Assembly: GCF_963676685.1 (NCBI RefSeq)
Contig: NC_092351.1
Coordinates: 63,364,001-63,428,000, forward strand
DNA from: Mytilus edulis
Lineage: Eukaryota
Reading direction: 5' to 3'
Length of the DNA stretch: 64,000 bases
A program made the position numbers and the translations under genes. Shown here one piece after another: positions 63,063 to 64,000 of the stretch (position 1 is the stretch's first letter; each line of letters begins with the position of its first letter). The notes beneath the pieces are model-generated. The model was given only the letters and a program-made list of their open reading frames with translations. It searched no databases and was not told the DNA's origin.

Positions 63063-64000
63063 TAAGATAATGCATGTTCCATATGCATTTCCTCATTCTC
63101 AAGAGCGTCCAGTGAAGAGAGAAAAGGATTTGACTGCAAAATCTAAACATAGGCTTAACGAAATCAATCAGAAATAAACTTCAGGGAACGACTGACAATT
63201 AAAGAAAACATGTCCTCGGTTGATAATTGTCTCATTTATATTATACCAAATTTCTCAATTATGTACTTCTTGTTGATTTTATAAACCTGTTCACATTTGT
63301 GTATTTTTTTTATTTTTTTTTGTGTTACCTATTTTAGAACACTAACATTAAGAATAGTAAATAAAAATACTCTAAACAAAACAAAACATTTAATATCATT
63401 TATTTTGATAATTCTGGTCCAAACTTGGTCATCAATTGTTCTTGGTCCTACCAATACTTCTTGGACTGTTTGGAATTCATCCCTGCTTCCCAGATCTGCA
63501 AAATACAGAGATAGAATGTAAGATGTGAATAGAATTATATATCCGATAGTGAAGTGTGTAATGAAACTTTAGACGGACTCATTTTTTTTATGTCAGCCAG
63601 GTACAACACAATGATGTACTCAGTAGTGATCATTTCATTATGCCATATACACGCCACTTCCTGTTTCTGACCTAATATTTTTGAAATATTCAACTTTTTG
63701 GTTGTTTCTTTCAAAGTACATGTACATGAGCAGCAATGAATTACAGACAACAAATAATTATTATGCATTTTTATGAAATATACAACACAAGTGCACTTCT
63801 CAGCAGAAGAACTGGCTCAAGACAGCAGATGCATCTTTCCAATCCTAAAGGAACGAAGATTCCTTGTGTCGTAAAAATATAAGTTGTTTCAGTTTGAATT
63901 TTGCATTTAAAAAACTAAAGGTTAACTGAATTCATTTTTCGGTTCTTTATTTTCAAATGTCCATTTAATTTGACTTCAGTTTTATTTTCAATATTTTCTG

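Overview
AT-rich eukaryotic (animal) DNA made almost entirely of nested transposable elements. The repeat repertoire resembles a bivalve, most likely a Mytilus-type mussel (inference). No intact host gene, rRNA, tRNA or CRISPR array is evident. Retroelements: nine copies of a ~430-bp SINE with a structured non-tRNA head and a 3' tail shared with an RT+RNase H (I/Nimb-like) LINE present as two inverted copies; a hammerhead-bearing retrozyme-like repeat; a Naiad-type Penelope-like element with a canonical-looking SECIS in its 3' UTR, plus many related 3' fragments; a second Penelope-like remnant beside a hammerhead core; a complete but mutated chromodomain Gypsy element (53473-61552) with a rearranged 5' LTR and a probable UAG read-through gag-pol junction; and a DIRS/Ngaro-like gag remnant. 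DNA elements: a decayed intron-containing Crypton tyrosine-recombinase gene; a 3.4-kb CACTA foldback element carrying a 194-bp satellite; two MITEs; and MULE, IS3EU-like, P/THAP9-like and Ulp1+PHD remnants. Two chains of short phase-compatible exons are also present. The most intriguing unexplained pattern is three long hairpins of unrelated sequence that share a strand-specific CGAG/CGAG tandem G-A mismatch architecture and lie near Crypton-like coding remnants.
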